Below are positions 36,937-46,876 of a DNA stretch of 64,000 bases, in pieces. Both the position numbers and the translations under genes were made by a program. Under the pieces are notes generated by a model, which was not told the DNA's origin, searched no databases, and saw only the letters and a program-made list of their open reading frames with translations. The stretch covers positions 457,217 to 521,216 of the forward strand of contig CAVYGE010000002.1 in NCBI GenBank assembly GCA_963767985.1, given 5' to 3'. Within the stretch, counting starts at the first letter, position 1. Each line of letters opens with the position of its first letter. Source of the stretch: an uncultured Chloroflexia bacterium (GTDB taxonomy: Bacteria; Chloroflexota; Limnocylindria; QHBO01).

Positions 36937-37733
36937 CCGACCCGCTTCAGCTTGCCGGTGCGCTTCGCATAGCGCTCCGCGATCCCGAAGACGTAGACGC
37001 CCAGGGGAATGAGGACCACGGCCATGATCAGCAGCGGCCACACGTCGTGGAGCAGCTCCGTCACGGGCGTGCCCTCGATGAGCCCTTCGCGGATCCCGTC
37101 GAGCACGTAGGTGCCCGGCGAGAACTGGCTGACGAACTGCATCCAGTCGGGAAGGATGTCGGTCGAGTAGTAGACCCCGCTGAACAGCAGGATCACCGAC
37201 TGGATGAGGAACACCATCTGGTCGCCACGCTCCACGTAGAGCAGCGGCAGGATGGCCGCCATCATGCCGACGCCCACGAAGCTGAGCGAGCCGATGCCGA
37301 GGAACACCGCGGCGGTCACGAAGTTACCGCCGCTGAACTCGAGACCGAAGAACAGCAGCATCACGACCAGGATCACGACCATCTGGATCAGCGCATACGT
37401 CACCGCGAAGACCGTCGAGCCGATGAGCTGCGTGTAGCGCCGCACGGGCGCCATGAAGGTGTACTCCAGTGTCCCCTCCCAGCGCTCCCAGGTCACCGTC
37501 TCGCCGATGAAGCCGAAGACGATCGAGAGGAAGTTCCAGAAGATCGTGCCGATCACGAGCACCTGGAGCAGCTCGGTGTCGCCTTGGGCAACGCCGATGA
37601 AGGCCACCGCCAGGGCGGCCGCCAGGGAGTAGACGAGCCACGCCACCTCCCAGCCCCAGTAGCGCTTCGTCAGGTTGAAGTTGCGCTCGACGAAGGCGAA
37701 GCTCGCCCGCAGCTCACGCGTTGCCATCGACAT
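36933..37733 (-). CDS. ABC-2 type transporter permease
   Basis: 266-aa, 6-TM protein with ..FVERNFNLTKRYWGWEVAW.. ABC-2 style N-terminus. Confidence 0.8.
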   Translation of the reverse strand: MSMATRELRASFAFVERNFNLTKRYWGWEVAWLVYSLAAALAVAFIGVAQGDTELLQVLVIGTIFWNFLSIVFGFIGETVTWERWEGTLEYTFMAPVRRYTQLIGSTVFAVTYALIQMVVILVVMLLFFGLEFSGGNFVTAAVFLGIGSLSFVGVGMMAAILPLLYVERGDQMVFLIQSVILLFSGVYYSTDILPDWMQFVSQFSPGTYVLDGIREGLIEGTPVTELLHDVWPLLIMAVVLIPLGVYVFGIAERYAKRTGKLKRVG

Positions 37734-37789
37734 CGTTGCCGTCTCTTTCTCGTTCGTTCGTTCGAAGGGCCGGCGGACCGGCCCGGCCC

Positions 37790-37996
37790 CTAACGGGCGC
37801 GGGCCGGCCGCATGGTCGGCTCGGCCGCCAGACGATGGCCGTAGCGCACCATCCGGCGTCCGATCCAGCGCCGCACGCGGCGACGCTTATGCGTGGGCTC
37901 GATCACGAGGAGGTTCGTGCGGCGCAATCGCGCCTGACGCTCCTCGACGTAGTCGAGCGCGACACGCAGGTCCAGGTTGCTCTGCACGGGAATCAC
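37790..37996 (-). CDS. small basic hypothetical protein (65-68 aa)
   Basis: AAAGGAGG (38003-37996) lies 8 nt before the in-frame GTG at 37987; the ORF-track start GTG 37996 overlaps the SD. It fills the gap between the ATPase and permease genes. High GC3. Confidence 0.45.
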   Translation of the reverse strand: MIPVQSNLDLRVALDYVEERQARLRRTNLLVIEPTHKRRRVRRWIGRRMVRYGHRLAAEPTMRPARAR

Positions 37997-38010
37997 CTCC
38001 TTTCGTCCTG

Positions 38011-38958
38011 CTACTCGTCGTCGTGGTTGTCGTCGTCTTCGTGGTCGTCGTCGAGACTGCGGCCGGTGAACGTCATGAACACGCTGTCCATGGTCGGTTC
38101 CATGCCGTGATCTCGCGCGACCAGCGTCTTCAGCTCATCCGGCGTCCCCTCGGCGACCATCCGACCGTCGTTGATCAGCGCGATCCGGTCGCAGAGGCGC
38201 TCCGCTTCGGCCAGGTCGTGCGTCGTCAGCACGATCGTCGCGTCGTGCGTGTCGCGCACCTCCTCGATGAAGGCCTGCACGTCGAGCTTCGACCGCGGGT
38301 CGAGCCCCGTCGTCGGCTCGTCGAGGAGCAGCACCGTCGGACTCGTCAGCAGCGCCCGCGCGATCGCGACCTTCTGCTGCATGCCCCGGCTCATCTGCTC
38401 GACCGGCCGGCTGAGCCGCTTCTCCGCGACGCCGAGTCGGGCCAGAATCCGGATGGCGTCCTTGCGGGCCGAGACCGCGTCCAGGCCGTAGAGCCGCGCC
38501 GCGTAGGCGAGGTTCTCGTGCGGACTGAGCTTCTTGAAGAAGGCCGCATCCACGCTCACCCGGTTGATGAGCTGCTTGACCGCCATCTCCTCGCGCGCCA
38601 CGTCGTGCCCGAAGACCTCGATCCGGCCGTCGTCGATCGTCAGCAGCGTGCTGATCAGTCGAATGAGCGTGCTCTTGCCCGATCCGTTGGCGCCGAGGAT
38701 CCCGTAGATCTCGCCGCGCCGAATCGACATCGACACGTCGTTGACCGCGACCACGGCCTTCTTCTTGCGGCCGACCACGAACCGCTTCGTGGCATGCGCG
38801 ATGAGCATCGCCGGCAGCTCGCCGGCCGGCGGCGGACCGACGTGACGGGTCGGCTCGCGCGCCGGCATCGGCATCGGCGCTGTCGTCTTCGGTTCGTCCA
38901 TGACCTTGATCATCGTCGTGTCCCTGTCATCTCGGTTGTCGCGGTGGTTGGGCCGCAC
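38011..38958 (-). CDS. ABC transporter ATP-binding protein (start 38958, 38913 or 38901)
   Basis: Intact Walker A GANGSGKST, Q-loop, signature MSRGMQQK, Walker B LLLDEPTTGLD and H-loop TTHD. Acidic C-terminal tail. Confidence 0.88.
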   Translation of the reverse strand: MRPNHRDNRDDRDTTMIKVMDEPKTTAPMPMPAREPTRHVGPPPAGELPAMLIAHATKRFVVGRKKKAVVAVNDVSMSIRRGEIYGILGANGSGKSTLIRLISTLLTIDDGRIEVFGHDVAREEMAVKQLINRVSVDAAFFKKLSPHENLAYAARLYGLDAVSARKDAIRILARLGVAEKRLSRPVEQMSRGMQQKVAIARALLTSPTVLLLDEPTTGLDPRSKLDVQAFIEEVRDTHDATIVLTTHDLAEAERLCDRIALINDGRMVAEGTPDELKTLVARDHGMEPTMDSVFMTFTGRSLDDDHEDDDNHDDE

Positions 38959-39015
38959 AGGAGAGCCGCGGCCCGATGCGCTCGGTCCGCGGCTCCTGGT
39001 GCCTGTTCGGGCATC

Positions 39016-39045
39016 AAAAAACCGTGGACCTGATCCGGCCCACGG
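39016..39045 (-). terminator. canonical intrinsic terminator inside the ABC-operon leader
   Basis: Minus strand: CCGUGGGCC-ggauca-GGUCCACGG (one G-U pair) followed by UUUUUU (39021-39016). Confidence 0.7.
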
Positions 39046-39261
39046 CTCGTGGTGTCTGGCGTCGGCGATTCGTTACCGCCGGTGCTCAACCTCGAGTGAG
39101 GGCACAGATCTCCCGTCGACATCGCTGCCGGTAGGCGCGAGTCGGGGCGCGTTGATGGCGTGAATGCGAAGGTGCATTGCCGTCAGATCGCTCCTCTGTG
39201 CGGGTGGTTGGTGGCTCGCCGGGCACACGGGCAGCATCGGCTGCGGTCCGGGTGCCGGCGG

Positions 39262-39291
39262 ATTCTACGACCGCGTATCTACCGGTGTCAA
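39262..39291 (-). promoter_or_regulatory. near-consensus promoter TTGACA-18 nt-TAGAAT
   Basis: -35 at 39291-39286, -10 at 39267-39262, read on the minus strand just downstream of the GT-C gene stop. Confidence 0.65.
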
Positions 39292-39298
39292 TCCCCGC

Positions 39299-42200
39299 CT
39301 ACTCGGCAGGCGCGGACTCCCGCACGCGGCGCCGGGACACGAGCCCGACGAGCGTCGGCCCCCACCAGCGGCCGCGCACCGACCACGCCATGGCCAGCCC
39401 CGCCACCACCAGGCCGGCCACGAGCTTGAGGGTCGATGCGCTCACGAGGTCGCCGCGGTCTCCCTGCGGGGGATCGGGGAACTGGAAGCCGAAGTTCCAC
39501 GGTGGCAGGGCCCGGGCCGCGTTGATGTACCAGTCGGGCATCGGCAGGGCGGCGCCCAGGGGGAAGACGAGGATGCCGGCGACGACGACCAGGGCCAGGT
39601 AGCCGGCCGCCAGCTCCCTCCACGCCGGGCGCCGCAGAAGCTCGTCCACGACGTAGGCGATGGCGATCAGCGCGAAGATCAGCGCCGTGAGGTAGTGGTA
39701 GGCGAAGGTCGCGCGCTCGATGCGCGTCCACGGCGCGAGCTGGAACGCGAACGCCGCGACGATGAGCACGAGCGCGGCTGATCGGCGCTTCCAGGCCAGG
39801 ACCGCACATGCGGCAATGGCAGGCACCCCGGCCCAGAACAGGATCGGGTTGCCGCCGTTGTAGATGGCGGCGATCTGGCTCATGTCGAAGCTGCCGCTGT
39901 AGAACCAGGTCGGCTTCAGGGCGAGCGGCCAGCTCCACCACGGCGATGAGCTGGCATGCCCGGCGGTGAGGCCGAAGTGGTACCCGAACATCTGGGCGTG
40001 GAGCTCCTCGACCGACCAGCCGTAGCCGGGCCCGGCGTCGGGTCCCGCGAAGACGTGCCCGAGCTCGAGGTACGGGATGTAGCTCAGTCCATAGACGGTG
40101 AGCGGGATCACGAGCAGGCAGGCACCGATCCACGACCACGCGAATCCGCCCATCTCGCCGGGCTGCTGCCACCGCGCGTCGGAGCGGGGGTCGCGCAGGG
40201 ACAGGATGGCGCGCCACAGGACGAGGAGCCCCGCGATGCCGAGCATCAGCCACGCCGGCCACCCGACCTGGGCGCCGCGTGCCAGGATCGCGAACAGGAC
40301 CTCGACGGCGCCGTCCGCCGATCCGGGCGACTCGACCTGCGTGAACGCCAGCGCGAACGCAAGCCCGACCGCGCCAAGGACGACCCCGGTCGCCGGCAGG
40401 GCACGACGCGCGCTGGCCAGGTCGAGACGGATCGGCCGAGCGTGCACGATCGCGAGCGCGATGCCGAACGCCAGCAGCATGACGGCCAGGAATGGCCACG
40501 GCGCGTCCAGCCCGCCGACGACGGTGGCCATCGCCACCAGCCCGACCAGCAGGAGACGACCGAGGTTCGAGCGCGCCAGCACGAGGATCCAGATCCCCGC
40601 CAGCGCGTAGAAGCCAACCCATTTCGTCGCCGCCGCCAGACCGATGAGGACGCCGACGAGCGGCAGAACCCACCATGCGCTGCGCGCCCAGCGCCCCGAC
40701 CAGATCTGCCAGAAGGCGAGGTAGGCGCCGACGATGAAGACGGCGACGAAGATGTCGTTCATCGCGATCCGGCTCATGACGTAGCTCATGCCGTCGATGG
40801 CCACGAACGCCGCGGCCAGGAACGCGATGCGGCGTCGCCCGAACATCGTGGCCGCCAGCAGGTAGACGAGCCCGACGAGGATCGCGCCGAAGACCACGCC
40901 GGCGAGTCGCCACGCGAAGGCATTGCTGCCCGCGTCGAGTCGGACGAGCGCGCCGTCGCCGGTGCTGAGGATGAGGCGACCGTGGTCATCGGCCTGGCTG
41001 TCGGTGCTGATGTCGAAGGCCATGGCCAGGGCGGGCGCGTCGAGCGCCGTCTCGTCGAAGGCCGCCAGGCCCGAGCTCGTATCGCCCCGATCGTCGAGAT
41101 GCGGCTCGATGGGCCACACCACCGGCTCTCCCGCCGCGGATGTGCCGGCGATGTACACGAGCCTGGCCACGAACTGGTCGCCGATGAGGGACGGCGCGCC
41201 GGGGAGGGGAACGACGTCGGACAGGGACTGCGCATCGGCATCGATCTCGGCCAGGCCGCCGTCGACCGCCGGATGCTCGTCGTTGGCGGCAACCGGGCCG
41301 GTGAGCACCAGGAGCTGCTGGTCATCGCCGCTGCCGCGCGCGATCAGCGGCCCGACCAGCGCGGGTTCGAGCGTGATCACGCCGTGCTCCACGTCCTCGG
41401 CGTCGCCGACGGTCTCGAGCGTGGTGCTGTCGAGGAAGACGACGGCGTTGCGCCCCGGTTCGGTTGCGGCCACGAAGCTCGGCTCTTCGCCATCGGCGCG
41501 CACCCAGGCCACACCACCGTACGCACCGGCGCCGATGGCCCGCACTTCGTCCGTCGCCCGATCGAGGATCGCGACGCCATCCGGCCCGCGCAGCAGGGTG
41601 ACGTCGGCGTCGCGCGGCACGACGATCTCGATCACACCGGTCAGCCCGACCTCGATCGGCGGTCCCTGGGGCGGCGCGCGGCCGTCCGGGGAGGCCAGCA
41701 GTCCGGCGAGCTCATACGTCTCCACCGTGCCCGCGTCCGCGCGACCGACGAGCAGCCGCGGCGCCCCCGGGTCGAAGGCCAATGTGGCGACTGGCCCTCC
41801 GGCATCCCAACGGGCGACCTCACCCCCGTTGGCGGCGTCACTGGCCACGATCGTGGTGCCCCCCTGCGGCACCGTGAACACCAGCGAGCTCTCCCAGCCC
41901 AGCGACGAGCGGGCCGGCGCCACCGCGATCGCCGGCGATGGCCCCTCGATCGTGGTGCTGCCGACCACCTTGTTCGGATCCGCCACCAGGATTCCGCCCG
42001 CGATGAGGTACTTGGCCAGCATCGGGTGCGTCCACTCGTACACGTCCCGGTCCCAGCCGTTCTGCCAGTTGCTGATCCATTCCGTTGCGGAGCGGGCGTG
42101 GTAGACCTCGTCGAAATGGTCGCCGCGCGGGACGTCGAGCCGCCACAGGCGGAAGACGAGCGCGAAGGCGACCAGCAGGAGGAGGAGCGCCGCGTCGCGC

Positions 42201-43856
42201 CGATCCAGCCTGCGGCGAGGCTCGTGCAGGTAGGCGTCCGCGGGATCCGGTCGAAGCCAGCCAAGCCCGTGGCTGGTCGGGGGCGCGGGCCGCCCCGCGA
42301 CGCCCGGACCGGCCGACCATTCGGCGGCGACCGGCGCACGCGGCTCCTCGGGGGCCCGCGCCTCGACCCGTCCGTCCGCCGGCCGTGCGAGCATGGCGAG
42401 CGAGCGCCACGCCACGACCAGCAGCAGAACCACGCTGAGCAGGGCGAGTGACCAGATGCCCGTGTCGGTGAGCAGGGTCCTCGTCAGCAGCTCGCTCTGC
42501 GGCATCGGCAGACCGTTCGCCCCGGGGTTGATGAGGCGCCCCGCGAATGACCAGTCCTCGGTGTAGACCCAGTAGATGTTCGCGAAGAACGAGAGGCTGA
42601 GCCCGCCATAGATCCACGGCCAGAGCCGCCCGGAGAGGAGGAGCGGGGCGGCGAGGGCGAGGGCCGGGAAGAGGTAGCGCTCGTGGACGCGCGTCGGGAG
42701 CACGAAGAAGGCGATCGCGATCAGCAGCGACGCAACGAGCACGCCGCGGAGGTCGTCCCGGCGCGCCACCTGGACCAGCGCGATGACGGCGATGACGGCG
42801 AACAGCACGGTGCCGACCTGCTGCCAGGTCAGTGCGGTCGAGCCGATGACGATCCCGACCGTCGTGTCGTCACCCCAGGTCAGGGTGTCGCCAAGACCGG
42901 TCCACGGATTGCGCCACAGGTTGAAGGCGTTGATCGAGAAGCCGGTGTACGTGCTCGCCGCCTCGAGGAACTTGCCGATCAGGCTGGTGGTCGGGTCCGG
43001 CTCCGGCAGCCCCAGGAACCCGGTCGGGTCGCCGCCCGCCAGGGGTGCGTAGAGGCCCATCCCGAACGGCAGCATGAGTAGCGTGAGCGTGGCGACGCCA
43101 GCCGCCAGCGAGGTCACGACGCGGAGCACGTCGCGCTGCCCGTCGTGCGCCGGGTCCGACGATCGCCCGATGAGGTGGCGCCGCAGGCCGACGATCGCGA
43201 CGATCGGGATCAGGAACGCGAACTGGAACTTCACGAGCATGGCCAGCACGGCGCCCACGGCCGCGACCTCGGTCCAGCCACGCGCCAGCGCGTAGATCGT
43301 GCCGAGGAGGACGAGCGTGCCGACCGAATCGATCTGGCCCCACACCGCCGAGTCGAAGATCGTCCCGGGGTTGAACAGGTAGATCGTGGCCACCGCCAGC
43401 CCGAGCGTCTCGGGGCGAACGCTCCCGAAGGACCGATGGATGAGCTGGCCGCCCCAGCGGCGGGCGATGACGAACAGCAGCCAGGCGACACCGACGTCGG
43501 CGAGGATGGCCGGGATCTTCACGAGGCCCGCCGGTGGCGTCGATCCCGACCAGCGGCGCGAGCAGGCCGCCGATGCCGCCGAGCAGCCACAGGACGTAGA
43601 GGTACCCCGGCGGATAGTCGCTGAAGTAGCTCGCCTCGTAGAATGCGCCTGGCCCACCACTTGCGAGGCGCTGGCCCCAGGCGGTGAAGTCGCCGATATC
43701 GATCGCGAATCCACTCAGCGGCAGGTAGACACCGGCGATGAAGACGCGCAGCGCAAGACCGAGGACAAGGATGGCCGCGAGGATCGTGCCGGGGTCGAGC
43801 CGTCGAATGGATTCGAGAATCCCCGCGCCCCGTTGCCCGACGGGGCCACGGTTCAT
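39299..43856 (-). CDS. giant (~1,500 aa) polytopic glycosyltransferase: N-terminal GT-C module fused to a PMT-type (GT39-like) module with a ~350-aa insertion (apparent frameshift ~43526-43530; start 43856 or 43922)
   Basis: The N-terminus (MNRGPVGQRGAGILES..ILAAILVLGLALRVFIAG..YFSDYPPGYLYVLW..) is in a different frame from the rest (..LVKIPAILADVGVAWLLF..). PMT-like ..GDHFDEVYHARSA..EWTHPMLAKYLIAGG.. and C-terminal ..GHASSSPWWSWPLALKPTWFY..IYNGGNPILFWAG... Confidence 0.7.
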
Positions 43857-43892
43857 CAGGTGCGGCGCTCCCGAGCGGGGCGCCGGATCGTC

Positions 43893-45552
43893 ATGCTCGC
43901 CAAGGTGGCGGTGAGTATACATCGGGCCCCCGACGGCCCCGATCCGGCCGCGGTTGCATCCACATCGGGCAGAGGCACGCGGCGGCTGGTGCCGTACACC
44001 GACAACCTCGTGCTCTTCGCGGCCGCGCTGGTGGTGGTGATGGCCCTGGGGATCTACGTGCGCACGATGCTGCCCTCGACCGGGTTCTGGGACACCGGCG
44101 AGGCACAGACCGTGCCGCCCACTCTTTCGATCTTCCATCCCACCGGGTTCCCGGTCTACACGTTGCTGGGCTGGCTGTGGAGCCAGCTGCCGATCGGCGA
44201 GGTGGCCTGGCGCATGAACCTGCTGTCGGCGGTCTGCGTCGCGCTGGCCGCGGGCTTCGTGACGCTCAGCGCCGGACTGCTGATCTCCGTGCGCGATGGT
44301 GCCCTGCGCGCCGCCGCGGCCGGCGTCGGCGGAGGCGCCTTCGCGTTCGCCTCCGAGCCGTGGGAGAACGCGACGCGGGCCGACGTCCATGCCATCAGCA
44401 TCCTGTCGGTCAGCGCGCTGGTCTGGCTCCTGCTCTCGTGGGGTCGGGCCGAGCGCACCGGCAGCCCGCGGGCCGGGCGCTGGCTGATCGCGGCCGCGGC
44501 CGTCTTCGGCATCGGCCTGGGCATCCACCCCGTCATCGGGCTCTTCGCTATCGGGATCGCGGCGTGGCTGTTCGTGGTCGACCGGCGCTTTCTCCGCCGT
44601 CGGACGCTGATCGTGGCCTGCGCCGCGGTGCTGGCGCTCGGCGTCGCCTCGTTCGGCTACATCTGGCTGCGGGCCATCATCGATCCCGAGCCGCCGCTCT
44701 TCTACGGACGCCCCGACACGTGGGAGCGCTTCCGGTACGTGGTCTTCGCCGAGCAGTTCAGCGGCCTCTTCAGCGACTTCCGGCAGCCCTTCGCGGACCT
44801 CGGCAGCAAGTGGGCCGAGACCGAGTCCATCCTTGCCGTGCAGTTCGTGACACCGGGCTGGCTTCTCGTCGCGGTGGGTGCCGCGGTGGTCGCCGCACGG
44901 TCGCTCGGCACGTTCGCGGTGCTCGGCCTGTTCGTGGCCGGCAACATCTTCTACTCGATGAACTTCCGCGACGGCGACATCGACCGCTACTACATGCCGA
45001 CGGTGGCGGTGCTCGCACCGCTGCTCGGCGTCGCGATCGCGGCGATCGGCTCGGCCGGCGCGCGTGCCGTGAGCGAGGTTGCCCGGCGCCTCGTCGTCGA
45101 GACGCTCCCCGCGACGATGGCTGGCCGGTGCCGCCGGCGCCCTGGTCCTCGGGCTCGGGGCACTGTTGCCGGCCGCATCGGTGGTCACCGGATACGAGGC
45201 GCACGACCAGAGCGGGAACCGGGATGCCGATGCGTGGGTCGCTTCGGTCTACGAGCTCGTGCCGCCGAACGCGGTCATCGTGAGCTGGTGGAGCTACAGC
45301 ACGCCACTCTGGCACCATCGCTGGGTGCTCGGCGAGCGCCCGGACATCACCATCCTCGACGAGCGCACCATCCTCGACGACGGGTATCGCACGATGAACA
45401 ATGCCATCCGCTCCTTCTACGGGGTGCGTCCCGTGTACGTGGTGCTCCCGGACTGGGAGCGGCGCAACGTCACCGAGCGTTGGGAGCTCACCACCGTCCC
45501 AACCCTGCCGGGGTTCACCCGGCTGCTTCTCGTCGAGGGCCCCACCCGATGA
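43893..45552 (+). CDS. DUF2723-type GT-C membrane protein (apparent frameshift ~45085-45125; start uncertain, 43893 or ~43990)
   Basis: ..GFWDTGEAQTVPPTLSIFHPTGFPVYTLLGW.. plus ~10 TM helices. The C-terminal soluble domain (..VIVSWWSYSTPLWHHRWVLGERPDITILDERT..) is in the next frame. Confidence 0.65.
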
Positions 45553-46301
45553 CCGACACCGACCGTCCGCGCCTGACCTTCTTCTTTCCCGCCTACAACG
45601 AGGAGGAGAATGTCGAGGAGACGGTGAGGCGCGCGATCGACGAGATCGGAGAGCTGGTCGACGGATCGATCGAGGTCCTGGTCGTCGACGATGGCTCCAC
45701 GGATCGGACGCCCGAGCTGGCCGATGCCCTGGCCGCCGCCGATCCCCGGGTGCGCGTGCATCACCAGGAGAACCGTGGCTACGGCGGCGCGCTGCGTGCG
45801 GGGTTCTCGGATGCGCGGGGCGAGCTGATCTGCTTCAGCGACGGGGACCTGCAGTTCGACCTGCGCGAGATGTCGCGCCTGCTCGACCGCCTGACCGATC
45901 CGGGTCGGCCCGCGGTCGACGCGGTCATCGGCTACCGGATCAAGCGCCGCGATCCGGCGCATCGGATCTTCATCGCCAAGAGCTACAACGCGATCGTGTC
46001 CGTGCTCTTCGGGCTGCGGGTGCGCGACATCGACTGCGCCATGAAGCTGTTTCGACGCGAGGTGTTCGAGGGGTTGCCCCTGACCGCCGACTCCCCGTTC
46101 CTCTCGGCGGAGCTGCTCATCAAGCTGCGGGCGCGCGGCGAACGGATTGCGCAGGTCGGAGTGAACCACTATCCGCGGGCGGCGGGGACGAACACCGGCG
46201 CCAGCTTCCGAAAGATCCTGCGCACGTTCCGGGACATCGGGCTGCTGCGGATCGCGCTCTTGACCAGGAGAAGCGAGGTGCTGGGACCGCCGCGCGCCTG
46301 A
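45549..46301 (+). CDS. GT2 polyprenyl-phosphate glycosyltransferase (Ppm1/DPM-synthase-like)
   Basis: ATGA overlap with the upstream gene. ..FFFPAYNEEENV..VVDDGSTDRT..ENRGYGGALRAGF..FSDGDLQ... Confidence 0.8.
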   Translation: MTDTDRPRLTFFFPAYNEEENVEETVRRAIDEIGELVDGSIEVLVVDDGSTDRTPELADALAAADPRVRVHHQENRGYGGALRAGFSDARGELICFSDGDLQFDLREMSRLLDRLTDPGRPAVDAVIGYRIKRRDPAHRIFIAKSYNAIVSVLFGLRVRDIDCAMKLFRREVFEGLPLTADSPFLSAELLIKLRARGERIAQVGVNHYPRAAGTNTGASFRKILRTFRDIGLLRIALLTRRSEVLGPPRA

Positions 46302-46308
46302 CCGCCGG

Positions 46309-46857
46309 TCAGCTCTCTTCCGCCGGGGGACCCTTCTCGCCGGACTCGATGTCGACGTCGAGCGAGTTGACGAACTCGCGGAAGACGGCGAGCCGCTCTT
46401 CGTCCGCGCCGCCCTCCTCGGTCTCGTCCGGCTCGACCCCGGCCTCGTCGAGCACTCGCTCGTCCACGTAGATCGGCGATCCGCTGCGCACGGCAACGGC
46501 AATCGCGTCCGAGGTGCGGGAGTCGACATCGCTCTCGTCGCCGCTGGCGTTCTCGAGGTAGAGCCGCGCATGGAAGGTGCCGTCCGTCACGTGCGTCACC
46601 ACCACGCGGCTGATGTTCGCGCCGAGCGCCGCCAGGACGCTGACCATGAGGTCGTGGGTCAGCGGCCGCTCAGCCGAGAGGCCCTGGAGGCGCATGGCGA
46701 TGGCGTTCGCCTCGGACGGGCCGATCCAGATCGGCAGGTATCGGTCTCGCTCCGACTGCTTGAGGATGACCACGTGCTGGCTCGAGAGCATGTGCACGCG
46801 CACGCTCTCGACGACCATCTCGATGAGCCGGACCCTGCCGAACGGCTGCTCAGCCAT
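46309..46857 (-). CDS. bifunctional-nuclease-domain (DUF151/BFN) protein
   Basis: ..VVILKQSERDRYLPIWIGPSEANAIAMRLQG..ERPLTHDLM..GTFHARLYL..DSRTSDAIAVAVRSGSPIYV... Confidence 0.75.
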   Translation of the reverse strand: MAEQPFGRVRLIEMVVESVRVHMLSSQHVVILKQSERDRYLPIWIGPSEANAIAMRLQGLSAERPLTHDLMVSVLAALGANISRVVVTHVTDGTFHARLYLENASGDESDVDSRTSDAIAVAVRSGSPIYVDERVLDEAGVEPDETEEGGADEERLAVFREFVNSLDVDIESGEKGPPAEES

Positions 46858-46863
46858 GCGTCG

Positions 46864-46869
46864 ATTCTA
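46864..46869 (-). promoter_or_regulatory. -10-like TAGAAT 6 nt upstream of the BFN start codon (possible leaderless mRNA)
   Basis: Minus strand reads TAGAAT-cgacgc-ATG. No recognisable -35. Confidence 0.3.
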
Positions 46870-46876
46870 GCGCCGG

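Noticed and set aside
39022-39040. Plus-strand ACCTGATCCGG, identical to part of the TPP-riboswitch core.
   Set aside because: It is on the wrong strand relative to both flanking genes. No CUGAGA element or surrounding TPP helices are present. It is simply one arm and the loop of the terminator hairpin.
38910-39122. 70-aa ORF inside the ABC-operon leader.
   Set aside because: It reads straight through the stem and U-tract of the intrinsic terminator and into the ATPase gene region in another frame, and has no SD. The shorter SD-preceded uORF (39177..39073) is the more plausible translated element, if any.
43639-43644. A further exact TAGAAT on the plus strand.
   Set aside because: It lies inside the coding region of the GT-C gene (codons for ..AFYE.. 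on the other strand), has no -35, and no plausibly positioned downstream start.
42870-45188. 772-aa minus-strand ORF.
   Set aside because: Only the segment ~43530-43856 (MNRGPVGQ..GIDATGG) is protein-like. It is the frame-shifted N-terminus of the GT-C gene. The remainder is antisense to the DUF2723 gene.
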